Positions 17,815 through 32,164 of a DNA stretch of 64,000 bases are shown in pieces; within the stretch, counting starts at the first letter, position 1; every line of letters begins with the position of its first letter. This stretch comes from the human T2T-CHM13v2.0 reference genome, Homo sapiens: assembly GCF_009914755.1 (NCBI RefSeq), contig NC_060934.1. One strand, written 5' to 3'. The notes below the pieces were generated by a model that worked only from the letters and a program-made list of their open reading frames with translations, had not been told where the DNA came from and made no database searches. The position numbers were made by a program, and so were the translations under genes.

Positions 17815-18811
17815 CTAACAGTGTTATCTCTTTATACTGAATTAAATTTACCATCTAGAGGGGATTTCTCAGAGAACAGAGCAAGCAGAAGCAAAGATGT
17901 TCCAGGGAGAAGAGACGAATTAATATTTGTGTGTTTACTCCCCAGGACTGACAAACACACTTGGACCACAGCCTGCCAAACAGGCCCTGTGACTCTTAGG
18001 CTGCAAACCACCTTCCCCCACAAGAACACGAGGCTGGCATTAACATACTTCTGCTCTAATATAAGCCTTGCCCACCACTCCCCTATGGCCAAACAAAATG
18101 CTTTCACCACCGCAAGCTGGGTGCCTGAGATAAACCTTCAAAGGCTTCTGAAGTTGCATTTTTAATTCCTCCATAACAAAATTTAGGTAATTAGGCAAGG
18201 CAGTTCATCAGACACTCACTTTTCTCCCACAGCGAGTCTCTGCCTCCCGCAGGCCTTTCCCTGGGACTCTGTGAGTAAACCTATCAGAGCCATGACGCAC
18301 CAGCCCCAGATGCGCTGGCTCTGCTCGAGAGATCGCATCAGCCAAGGTCCAGGTCAGATCTTGGGCAAACTGTCATGTCCTTTGGAGGCTGAGAGAGGAG
18401 AAAAGGGAGCAGCGAAATAGGGGCAGGGAGGGTGAGGTGCCCACATGAAAGGGCAGATTCCAGTTAAGTCATCCGTGACCACTCTAATTACCCAAATGTT
18501 TTCTGGAGCCGGTAAGGTTTAGACCACCTGATTGACCAAAATACAGAGAATATTCCCAGATCATGATGTTCAGCTGCCAGGCAGTAAACGAGCTTCTGGG
18601 AGTAGAACATCCATCCCCCTTCCCGGAATTTGGCATATGTTTGAGGATCACTAACACTGGACCTGAGAACTGGCTACTGAGTCACACATTCCTCCCCCGA
18701 GGCACCCGCTCCGCTCCTCCCCCTTCATCTTGGTCCTATTCCTAACGTCCCCAGGAATATGCCATTTGCCTCAAAAGTATTGCTACAAAAGGTAGCCTTC
18801 ACTGCCCTTGA

Positions 18812-19249
<438 letters not shown>

Positions 19250-20578
19250 TGACGGCAGTGAGAGAGGGTGTAAGCTGCACAGGAGATGAATTTATCTGGA
19301 CGGAGCCAACCATAAGACAGTTAAATCTCCATCCTACCCTATGGAAGCTTCAAGCCCCAGAGAAAGAAACTGATGTGCTCGATGTAAAACTGATTCAGCA
19401 AACCCAGCAACACCGCACGTCTCCTAAACAGGCATCCTCAGTTTCCTCTGCACTCCATCCTCCACCCACCCCTACACCTTCCCCCACCACCCAATTGATG
19501 TGTGGAAAACACAGAAAGTAATGCTGCCCCCTTTAACTCACAAAGGCTGCTTCACACTGGTCACTGGCTGTCCAGCAGACCTGTACCAGAACCAACACGC
19601 TCACAAAGATGCCCCTCTCTGGGCTGGCTGTTGTTGGTCTCATTTAACTCGCTGGGCGCCAAAGGAGTGGGAGTGGGTGAGCAGTGTCTGGCACGGTGCC
19701 CAAGCCCTGACACTGAATGTGACATGAGCCTCCATCAAAGGACACAGGGAGATGCCACCTGCCATCTGCCTCCCACCACCCAAAAGTTGCTTCTCCTTCT
19801 TCAACCATGTGCATACAAAGTCTCAAAAAATTCACGCTTACTAGGAAATGATTGCAAGGAATTTCTTCTTTGGTACTGGAAAAAAATATTTTTGCTCAAA
19901 AAAATAACATAAACTGAAACGTCTGTGTTACACCAGTAAGTCTAGTGCAAATTAATAAATGCCAAGAAGGAAAAACTCACAGGAGGAACGAAAACCCAAC
20001 TTTTCTTGTCCTGAAAAGAGAACAAGGATGGACTGAGGGACCTGAGTGAGACGCTGTGTGTGTATGGGTGTTGGAGAGGGAAAGAGTCAGGGCCATGGAG
20101 ACACTGAGTGATCCCTGTGTCCTAGAGGAGACTGGCCAACACAGAATAAAAAGTGGCCTCATAAATGCCTAGAAACAACCCATCCTTGACACATCTGATT
20201 AGAGGCTCAGGTAAAGGCATGCTTGGCATCCCTGTGGTATTTGCTCTGTCATCAACGTATCTGCAGGCCTTTCTGGGGCTTTTCATTCCAGCTCCAGTCC
20301 AATAACCCTCTTTTATCCAGATACCCGATAAGCATCTCTTTCTCTACCAAAGGGGCCATGCGTACTGATGAAACATTCTTTGTGAAGATCCAATAATGTA
20401 CCCCACTTGGACATGTAGAAGGAGCTGAGGTGTGTCAACATTCCCCCCAAATAAATTAATCTCGCAGAGATGTACTTTTCCAGGGAACTGGTATTTGCCC
20501 CCTTTCCTCTGCTTCTGTTATACTCCTTGGCCCTACTGAACACAAGCCAATTACATTTTCTTTTTTTTCCCACTTTGG

Positions 20579-20579
20579 G

Positions 20580-20611
<32 letters not shown>

Positions 20612-20712
20612 GAGTTGGAGTCTCGCTGTGTTGGTCAGGCTGGTCTTGAACTCCTGGGTTCAAAGGATCCTCCCGCTTCAGCCTCCTGTGGAGCTAGGAT
20701 TACAGGCATTTA
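20579..20712 (-). mobile_element. Alu monomer (FLAM-like)
   Basis: Single left arm with (TTTTG)n tail. Confidence 0.75.
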
Positions 20713-20894
20713 CCATCAAATAACCTTGGAACCACTGGTGAATGTGACAGGCTGTGTCTTACATGTAACCTGATTTATACCCCGCACTTAGTAAATTATG
20801 ATGAATAAATAAAGAAAGGAGGGAAGAAAAAGAGGAAGGAACTCTGATGTTCCCTCTGGTAACACAGGGAAGAGAGGAAAAAGGACCAACTTAG

Positions 20895-21206
<312 letters not shown>

Positions 21207-21214
21207 AGGCTGAA

Positions 21215-21383
21215 TTCTCTTAAAGAAAAAATATAAATGGTATTGCATGTGAGTATACATATAATTACTTAATTTAGAACATTCTTATGTCAACTTCCAA
21301 TGTCTGCCCTCTTCTTAGTCCTCAAGGATCCATCCACAAGCAGTATATTTCCAAATACTATTTTTCTCAAACTGTATTCTTAG
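21215..21383. repeat. Direct repeat copy A (169 bp)
   Basis: Manual alignment to 24064-24231: about 17 substitutions plus 1 indel. Confidence 0.9.
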
Positions 21384-22044
21384 ATGGACAGTGAAGAAAA
21401 GCCAGCTGGCACTGGGGAAAGAAAACACGATGACTGTGGCTGAGTCAGGGGGATTTTAAGGGCATCTTACCCTTCTATATTAAGTAAAAAGAAAAGCATT
21501 TTAACAGTTGCAGAAAAAAAGATGATGAGATAATTAAGGGGCAGTGGCCTAGCTATGCCAAATTACAAGTTGCCTCCAGAAGTTACCATTTTTCCCTGTT
21601 AGAAAAAAAATAATAGAAACCATGTAAGAGTTATCTCAGGACTGGACTCTTCTAGAAACTGGTTGGCCAACTGGCCTCATCTTTGCTTTCCTGGCCCCAA
21701 GAAAGATAATCATGTCACTCAAAATGACAACAGCATTCTTGGTGGCAGACGTGACCCAACAGGCCCCTCTTTTCCATGCTGTTAACACAATTTGGTCATT
21801 CGCCTACGCTTGACACACACTTTAAATTCTATCCTCCGTCTCCACAAAGAAAGACCTGCTTGAAACATGGCTTTAGAGAAGTTAACAAGGACCCATTCAG
21901 CCAGGAGTTTGAAGCTGGGTTGTGAACAACCAGACCCATTCCAAAACCACTGCTGACCAACTGGTTCCTAATCCTTCCTAATGCCTTGTCCAGAAAATGT
22001 CATTCCTACCTGAAGTCCCGGGAGAGGCATGCCTGGAATTAACC

Positions 22045-22185
22045 TGGAGTTTCTCAAAGTGCATTCTAAAATCACCATAGGGCTTGTGTAAAATGCAGAT
22101 TCCTGGCCCTATCCAAGATGACTGAACAAGAATCTCTGGGGCTGAGACAAAGGAATCTGAAATTTTAACAAGCACCCCGTACATT
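22045..22185. mobile_element. MER5-like hAT relic
   Basis: tttctcaaagtg...aaaatgcagattcctggccc...gaatctctgggg...gaatctgaaattttaacaagc. Confidence 0.6.
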
Positions 22186-23140
22186 TTACTAAAATACACA
22201 CTGAAATAGAGCCAATGAGTTTGCTGTTTTACTTGCTATTTCAAAAGAAACCTTTATCAGAACCAAGTTTCAAATGCTTTTGTAAACGTTCTGCATCTAC
22301 ATCTGCCTTCCGCTTCCATCTCTGTGAATAAGCAGAAAAGAGCTGAGGCATTTCCTGTCCCACCTACCTATGCAGGGCTTTGGTTTACACCAGAGGCTCC
22401 ATCTTGCCCCATCTCCCCCAAAGCAAAATTAAACCAATCAGGAGGCACACACAAGCAAAAAGCAACCACCAAAGACCAAGTTGGTGGTTAAAAACAATCT
22501 GTTGCTGGTTCCATACAAATATTCTACTAATAAATCCACAGCCACACCTGTGAACTACTAACAATGAGACATAATAGATGCATACAATTCTATTGTAAAT
22601 TGCAAAGAGGTTAAGCCAAAATTCTGTGTAGAAAGTTATTGTGCACCAGTTTAAATCAAACAGTTCAGATGCACCCCCAGGGCATAAGATACTGATCTTG
22701 ACTTTAAAAAATAAGTCAGAGAACTTAGAGTCTCTTTCGTACTAGTGGCATAAGTCCCAAGCGAATGTTCATGCTTATCTTAAAAAAGGTATTAGATCAC
22801 AGGACACGAATGTGGCTAAAGCTTCGAAGAGACCGCTGTACTTGAGTCTGATCAAACACACACAGGGGGATTTGCCTCCAGTTATTTCCAGTCCTGCTGA
22901 TTAGTTTTCTGATTCTGACAGTATTGTCCTTTCTTGCCCTTGGAACTGGACCCCATTGATCCAAGCAACGCACCATGACTAGACTCTCCAAGCTCCAAAC
23001 ACTAACTGGGTGACCGCCAAGCATCACACCAGAATCACTCGCACATGGAAGCTCACAGAAGTCGATGGCATCAAAGCAGAGGACAAGATCCACAAGCTGG
23101 CTGGGTCATGGGGGAGGAGTAAATTTCTTTAAACTCTTTA

Positions 23141-23518
<378 letters not shown>

Positions 23519-24063
23519 TCATTTGACCACCAGGACCCAGGTAGTCACTGTCACTAGCCTCAGTGGGCACCTGCAATCCAGTGAGTGGTTGACACCCAGT
23601 TGCACAGGGCAGGCTATGAGGCCACATTTTGTTAGACATTTCAGTGGAGGACGACCAACTGTACCCACAATGAAAGGATTATCTTTCATGATCGTCTGTG
23701 AATGCAAACCAAATAAAAAATTCTGAAATATCAACGATGCCCACTTTTGTTTCTAAGGAGACAGTGACAATGCTTCAGTCTTACATGGGTAGGCTCTTCC
23801 AAAGGAAGACTCCACAGGATAATTTAACCCGGATGAACACAATTCCATATGAAACTGATGTTCATCTAGTAGGCTGGTCTGAAAAAGTTTTGGTGAATTC
23901 CTTAATACCATCTAGTCCATAAACAAACCAATGCATTAAATACACAGATTGAATTGCTTATAATATAGAACCATTAGATCCATAATACATAAAGATTATA
24001 ATATTCTTTAATAACCTTTTAAGTTTATACATATCCGGTTATATTGTTATGTCACTACAGCTT

Positions 24064-24231
24064 TTCTCTTAAAGAAAAAACATAAAGGTATTATGTGTGA
24101 GTATACATATAATTACTTAATTTAGCACATTTTTATATCAACTTCCAATGTCTGACTTCTTCTTAGTCCTCGATGATCCACCTACAAGCAGTGTATTTCC
24201 AAATAGTGTTTTTCTCAAACTGCATTCTTAG
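24064..24231. repeat. Direct repeat copy B (168 bp)
   Basis: Manual alignment to 21215-21383, about 89% identity. Confidence 0.9.
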
Positions 24232-25247
24232 TTAAGTGCTAGCACTGTCAGGCAAACTGGTTAAGAAGTGCCAGTTAGGCACCACAGAATGCAGTACTGC
24301 AAATAAAAGCAAGCTTCAACATAAGAGACATCTCTTTGTTTCAAAGCAAATATTCACAGAGCAGATTCGCAACAAAAGGAAAAACGGATGCAATGGTATT
24401 ATTGAAAGCTTATACATTTTAATCAGAAAAATACTTGCAAGATAGTCAAAACTCTCAGCAGCAACAGCACAAAAATGAAACGATCTATTTTATTTTTACT
24501 AGATGTAAAATAAGCATGCAGGTAAGCACTGTACTCTAAAAACAAGGAATTAATAACTGGAGTGGAACATCATAAGCTAGCAAACCACAGTCTCTGCAGT
24601 TTCACAAAGGAAATGACAAAGAGGCAGATGCATCAGAGAGGACAGTGTTTAATTTCAAGAAAGTTTCACTAGAATAGAGATGTCGGTTAAAGATTCAGAC
24701 AGCAGCAATGTTTAGGCAACAGGGCTGCAATGATGTTTATTTCTCTGTGAGGCAGAAATAACATCAAGCCCAAGATGGCAGGAGCATGCTTTGCAATGAA
24801 AGCAAACCGAAAGTCCATTCTATCGCAACATGCAGCAAGCCACCGATCCCCAAGGTAGGCAACACACTGCTTCTGTGCATCTGACATTCAGAGGTGCCGC
24901 TCCCCAGGCTCCTCCATACACATCCCTCTATTTACATCTCGTTAAAAATACAAAGTGGGATGAAAGCAATAAAAACACATACAGGATTTTAGCAAAATGG
25001 AATTTGAAATGAGAATAAATTACTTTGAATTTTACCAAAGTAATGGCAACTTGTTCCTTAAGAGAAAGGGGGATGGGCTAATTTATACATTGGCTCAATG
25101 ACTCACTAAAAATATGAGATCCCTTCAGGTTTTAAGGGTGAAATTTCCCTTGATCATAAATGTGAGTGTGGGATCTCACTGTGTGTGAATTTCCAAGGCA
25201 GTTTTCTTATCCCTGAGGGATCATTTTTAACATTTTTTATATCTTTA

Positions 25248-25496
<249 letters not shown>

Positions 25497-25616
25497 CTAG
25501 AAAACAAGGGAAGCAAAAGAAAAGGCTAGACGACACAGGAATGATTGTGGAGGGGGCTGTGGAACCACAAGGCGTCGCACCGGGGGCTTCAGGGGGTGCT
25601 GGCCACTGGGAGATTC

Positions 25617-25702
25617 CGACTGCAGCCCATCCACAAAGCCCACAACCGAGAGACACGGAGCAACACTGACCAGCTCACCTCCACAGGCCCGTCACCACAC
25701 CG
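25617..25702 (-). promoter_or_regulatory. ISE/ISS-3 UGG/GU-rich element (ESRP1/2 target)
   Basis: GGUGUGGUGACGGGCCUGUGGAGGUGAGCUGGUC...GGUUGUGGGCUUUGUGGAUGGG between ISAR and the IIIc acceptor; boundaries approximate. Confidence 0.7.
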
Positions 25703-25717
25703 GCTTCACCTCCTACA

Positions 25718-25723
25718 CATGCA
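25718..25723 (-). promoter_or_regulatory. RBFOX site UGCAUG next to the ISAR core
   Basis: Exact hexamer; a second one lies inside exon IIIc at 25369-25374. Confidence 0.8.
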
Positions 25724-25735
25724 CGCAATCAAACG

Positions 25736-25756
25736 CATGGAAAAAATCAACCCACA
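25736..25756 (-). promoter_or_regulatory. IAS3/ISAR core (3' arm of long-range RNA stem)
   Basis: UGUGGGUUGAUUUUUUCCAUG pairs with IAS2. Confidence 0.85.
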
Positions 25757-26527
25757 GAGGTCCGTTCTCTTGGCCTGTGCTTTGGTTTGCATTTAGGGGT
25801 GGTTTTCCAAAAGTATGGTGCCCAGAAGGCCAAGCTGGTTCTGGTCCTGTTGGCTGCAGACTCCCACCAAGAGGAAAGGGTAGTTCTATCTAAATTGCTG
25901 TGTTTTAAGACAACACACTGCACATAAGCCCAGATGGACACCTCACCCATCCTCCTGGCCCTGTGGGAACCAATTGGGGTGGAAGGTTGTCTTGGTTACC
26001 AGGCTCTGGTTATTTTTACTTCTGCGATACCATCTTGCCCTACATAGCATTGACAAAAAGAAATGGAAGCAAGCATCATCTTGGTAACCAAAAAAACTGG
26101 GCTTTTTCTCTTTTCATTAATAAACATTTGGATGTGAGTCATGACAAACCTAAAAAGTCAACCTTTTGCCTTTAGTAGCGTCCAGTAGTACATTCATTAA
26201 GATGAGCTCCCCTCAAATTTGGTGCAACAAGGTCAAGAACAGCAACTCATAAGGATCAACTATGCAACCAAAGAAATGATGCTTTGTTGAACAAATTGCA
26301 TCTTGCCAATATTTCCCTAAAAACTTGAAGTAGAAGGAGACAAACTCTGCTGATACTCAAATGCCCCGTATTAAACAGGCATGGAAGCGTGTGTTTTAAA
26401 TGGTGTTAATGTGCAGTAATGATGGGAAATGTGCAGCCTAAACAAGATCAACCAGAAGGAACAACTTAAAAACTGGGTGGGGGTGGAGGCTAATCTCTAG
26501 AAGAAATTGGAGCAAGCACTTTGAACG

Positions 26528-26547
26528 TTGTGGGCATTTTTCCATGG
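26528..26547 (-). promoter_or_regulatory. IAS2/ISE-2 element (5' arm of long-range RNA stem)
   Basis: CCAUGGAAAAAUGCCCACAA, complementary to 25736-25756. Confidence 0.85.
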
Positions 26548-26683
26548 CTACTGGCATCATACCAGCTGCATCACCGAAGAAAGATTATTATAAATATACC
26601 AAGGCCACAAGAGTTATCCTATAAGCTGCCTGCAGTCTCCCAAAGCACCAAGTCTTTTCAGCTTCTATATCCAGCTTTCTTTT

Positions 26684-26704
26684 TAAAAAAAGACAAAAAT
26701 GAAA
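26684..26704 (-). promoter_or_regulatory. IAS1 U-rich intronic activator (TIA-1/TIAR site)
   Basis: uuucauuuuugucuuuuuuu about 10 nt after the weak IIIb donor gtaaca. Confidence 0.75.
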
Positions 26705-26714
26705 GCATTGTTAC

Positions 26715-26862
26715 CTTGCTGTTTTGGCAGGACAGTGAGCCAGGCAGACTGGTTGGCCTGCCCTATATAATTGGAGACCTTACATATATATTCCCCAGCA
26801 TCCGCCTCGGTCACATTGAACAGAGCCAGCACTTCTGCATTGGAACTATTTATCCCCGAGTG
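26715..26862 (-). CDS. FGFR2: FGFR2 exon 8, IIIb (K-SAM/KGFR, epithelial; 148 nt)
   Basis: tgttctag|CACTCGGGG ... CAGCAAG|gtaaca; encodes [49 protein letters not shown]. Confidence 0.98.
26756..26765 (-). promoter_or_regulatory. S10 exonic splicing silencer in IIIb (hnRNP A1 site)
   Basis: UAGGGCAGGC read directly within exon IIIb. Confidence 0.85.
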
Positions 26863-26925
26863 CTAGAACAGACACAGGAGAACAATATAACGGCCAACCA
26901 GGAAGGTCTTAGCATTGTCTATGGT

Positions 26926-26956
26926 CCCACCACCAACACACCGCAAGAAAACAAAC
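26926..26956 (-). promoter_or_regulatory. Upstream intronic splicing silencer of IIIb (UISS; U-rich then UG-rich)
   Basis: Minus strand uuuguuuucuugcgguguguugguggugg upstream of the IIIb acceptor; position and composition fit the described UISS; boundaries approximate. Confidence 0.6.
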
Positions 26957-27780
26957 TCCATTACGTCTAAACAGCGGCATTAAAGGGCTGCGGATTTTAA
27001 AGAACAAAATCAGTCCAGTGGTGGACAACGGAAAGACCTGGTGGAGAGAAGGGCAGGAGGGTGTGAGCGATAGCTAACTGGATAGGTCGGGTGGGTCCCC
27101 AGGTTGGTCATCTTTTCCCAATGCCTTTGATCCTTGGAATTATTAGCTGGTGAGAACACTTCATTGGCTGAAAGTTCTTAGCTGGGTCACCTATGGTTCT
27201 ACTGGAAGAATGTTCTTCTTAAGGACATTCATTCTCCATGAGCAACTAGACATGGGAGGCGTGGTAGGCAAGGAGTTAAGAGCCAGCTGTACAGACTTAG
27301 CTGCCCCTGTCCTCAGTCTCCTGAAGAGCAAACCTAGATCTAAAAAAGAGGCAGATGCTATGAAAATGGGGGCTTGCAAATAAGAAATAAGGAGGGAAAG
27401 ATATTTTCCTTGTTCAACATTTCACTGGTGCATAAATATGACCTAGAGTTTATTGTCTAAATCACCTCTGAATGGATTTCAAAGGTCAGGGTTTTGTTTT
27501 GTTTTGTTTTTGTTAAAAAAAAAATCCAAATTGTTTCTAAAACGTGGCTACTAAAATTGGATCCTAATGTCCTATTAATAGAAAACAACATCAGAGTAAC
27601 AATCAACACTGGCACAATGCCTTGAGCCTACAAAGCTCTTTCCATCCACTCCATCCCATTTATTCTGCACAACCGCCCTATGGGGGACAGAGTATCATGA
27701 TCTCTACTTTTATAGAGGCGCAGCTAAGCCTAAATGTCTGCGATCTCAGGGCTGATAAATAGCTGAACTATTCTCTCTCC

Positions 27781-27820
27781 AAGTTTAGTAGTTCTTCCCC
27801 AAGTTTAGTAGTTCTTCCCC
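27781..27820. repeat. 20-bp perfect tandem duplication
   Basis: aagtttagtagttcttcccc x2. Confidence 0.95.
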
Positions 27821-27999
27821 TACTCCATAGTTCCCTTCTGAAATTCTACTAGCAAGTGTAATGATCTGTTAATTCCTTAGAACACTCTCTGCTGGCTAGT
27901 CAAAAAAGAGAATCATCCTCTCTCAACTCCAACAGGAAATCAAAGAACCTGTGGCCAAACCCATGAAGGAGACCCCAGTTGTGGGTACCTTTAGATTCA

Positions 28000-28308
<309 letters not shown>

Positions 28309-28658
28309 TCAAGCCTGCTGGCTGACACCTTTGAAATAACACTGTGGCCCCATGAATAACAGAAACGACTTCAAAGGAGACTGCTGGAGCGCGACCCTTG
28401 TAAAAAGAACACTTACTTAGAAAATTGAGAAAAGAACTTATTACATCCCAGGTTATTGGCTGTCCACTGCCACCTGATGAATACGGGAAGAAATTCTACT
28501 CTGACAATCTAAGTGACAAATGGTAGGGGAGGGAAGCTTCTTCACTTATCCTATTTGAGATAATCTCAAAAACTCACCTCAACCACAAGCTTAACATCAC
28601 AGGCAAATGACAAGACTAACTTTAAAGACACTCTGAATACCAAAAATGGTTTCAATAG

Positions 28659-28997
<339 letters not shown>

Positions 28998-29499
28998 TGA
29001 GAAGACTTCCAACCTTTGTTTTAAAAATTAAACTAAAGCCTAAAGCCCAAAGTTATGAACAGATTTGATTAATAATGGGATTCACCTCTTTATTGTGGAA
29101 TTCACTCCATTCATTCATTCTTTATTCACCCATTTAGCTCTTTGATGAATATCAGGTGTTACTCTATGCCAGTTACTAAATGCACAAGTAGATGTTTCTT
29201 AGCTTATTCCAATATGGCACTGAATGAAACATAAGGAGATGCTGGTTTCCAACTCCTGGCTATGTTTTAGACTGCCCTATAAAAGGGCAGAGATGGTATC
29301 CCAAAATTACTTCCTAGCTTCACTTGTCTTGCCTCTCTCTCCTTCGAGAACACGTTCTCAACAAAGAATACACCCTCTCATCTTATGCCTGGAAAGGCTT
29401 CTCTCCAGCTAAGAGGCGGTCTCTGCAAAACTTCTGTGGAGACAATCAAGCCAAGGTGTGCTAGCAACCACACATGAGACTCCTCAAGTGTTAAGTAAT

Positions 29500-30708
<1,209 letters not shown>

Positions 30709-32103
30709 CTACACAGATCTGTCAAAAGCCACACAAAACACAATCATGTGTCCATTCATGAATACAACTCCATCCCAACAGGCCTGCACTTACCAGCCTC
30801 CTCCCTCTCTTCCTCCCCTAGGTGTGGGTACCACTACCCTAACCTCCAGTGTTAAAAAACAACTGAGGGAAATGAGGAGAACTCAGCCAGCTCAGCACAC
30901 CAAGGATGTCTCTGCACTGTACCTGAGAATCCCCATGCACTGGGCTGGAAACAGCAAATTAGAACAATAGATATCTACATCATTGGACCTTTCAGATTAA
31001 AACATCATCTAGTGGAATTTGTTGGACAAGAGCCAGACCATGTGCAAATTGATTTTACTGCATAAGCCTGTTGCTGGTCTTTAAAAAGAAAGAAAAAGTG
31101 CTAGTGGTTACTCTTAGCACATTTCATTCCAGAATCTCCCATCACTTTACAGACATCTATGTTTTCACATTATAAAGATAAGGATACTGGAGCCGCAAAG
31201 AAATCATTCATCTGCCCCTATATTGCCCATGTAGGCTGAGCAAAGAACCTGAAGTTAAGACTTCTGGTGTTGGTGGGCAGAAAATCTCAAAGCTGGGCCC
31301 CTTCAGACGTCAGGTGAAACCCTTGCTCTCTGGCTCATACAATGACCCAGGGATGGGCCCCAGCAAGCCTCCTGGTCAGGCCTAGCAGCTGGCTGGACAC
31401 CCCAGGGACCTGTCCACAGCGGGCAGTGACCGAGGTCTGATTTAATCCCAGCTGGCCTCATCCATGTGGGAAGGGCAGAGTTAAGTCCGCGCACGAACAG
31501 ACACACGCTCCTCTCCTCCCCAGGCCTCCTACCAAGAGACTTCACAGCACGAGGGGAAGCTGTCCTCTGGGCTAGATCCTGCCAGACAAGGTCACAAACT
31601 ATGCTCCTATGCACCTAGCAAATAGTAAGAAGGTTTATTCCTTCACACAGAAATGTGAACTTTAGTATCAATTCATGCCCTGGCTCCGTTTTCCAGTTTT
31701 GCACTTGTACATGCATGTGTGTGTGTAGTGTGGGTGCGTTTTAAGATAAATATTTACAGTGGGCCTACACATCTATTCTTAGAAACAAAGGTCATAAAAT
31801 CTTAAATGTCATAAGCCAGATCAACTGAGTTTCAAACCAAGTCCTCTTTCTTAAACATATTTGTTTCTAATAAATCGTTTCACAAGTAAACATTGTGCAT
31901 GCAGTACCAAACCATGATGCCCCGTGAACAATGAGTGCTTTCATCCCGCCTGACATCTCTGGCCTGCGCCAGGCTTCGGCAGGGAATTTAGTCACTGAGG
32001 CAACACTGGCAGGGCCCACTACAGAGCTGCAGTCTTGTTTTCCTTGTGGTCAAAGTGCTGCTGAGCTCCAGTTATTAAGTTATTCCAATGCTATCCCGGC
32101 TAT

Positions 32104-32105
<2 letters not shown>

Positions 32106-32157
<52 letters not shown>

Positions 32158-32164
32158 CCCCCCC
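32106..32164. repeat. (AC)~25 microsatellite followed by a C run
   Basis: Read directly. Confidence 0.97.

Noticed and set aside
26521-26970. 149-aa plus-strand ORF antisense to exon IIIb
   Set aside because: TTG start, no recognisable domain; best explained as a shadow of the exon and chance.
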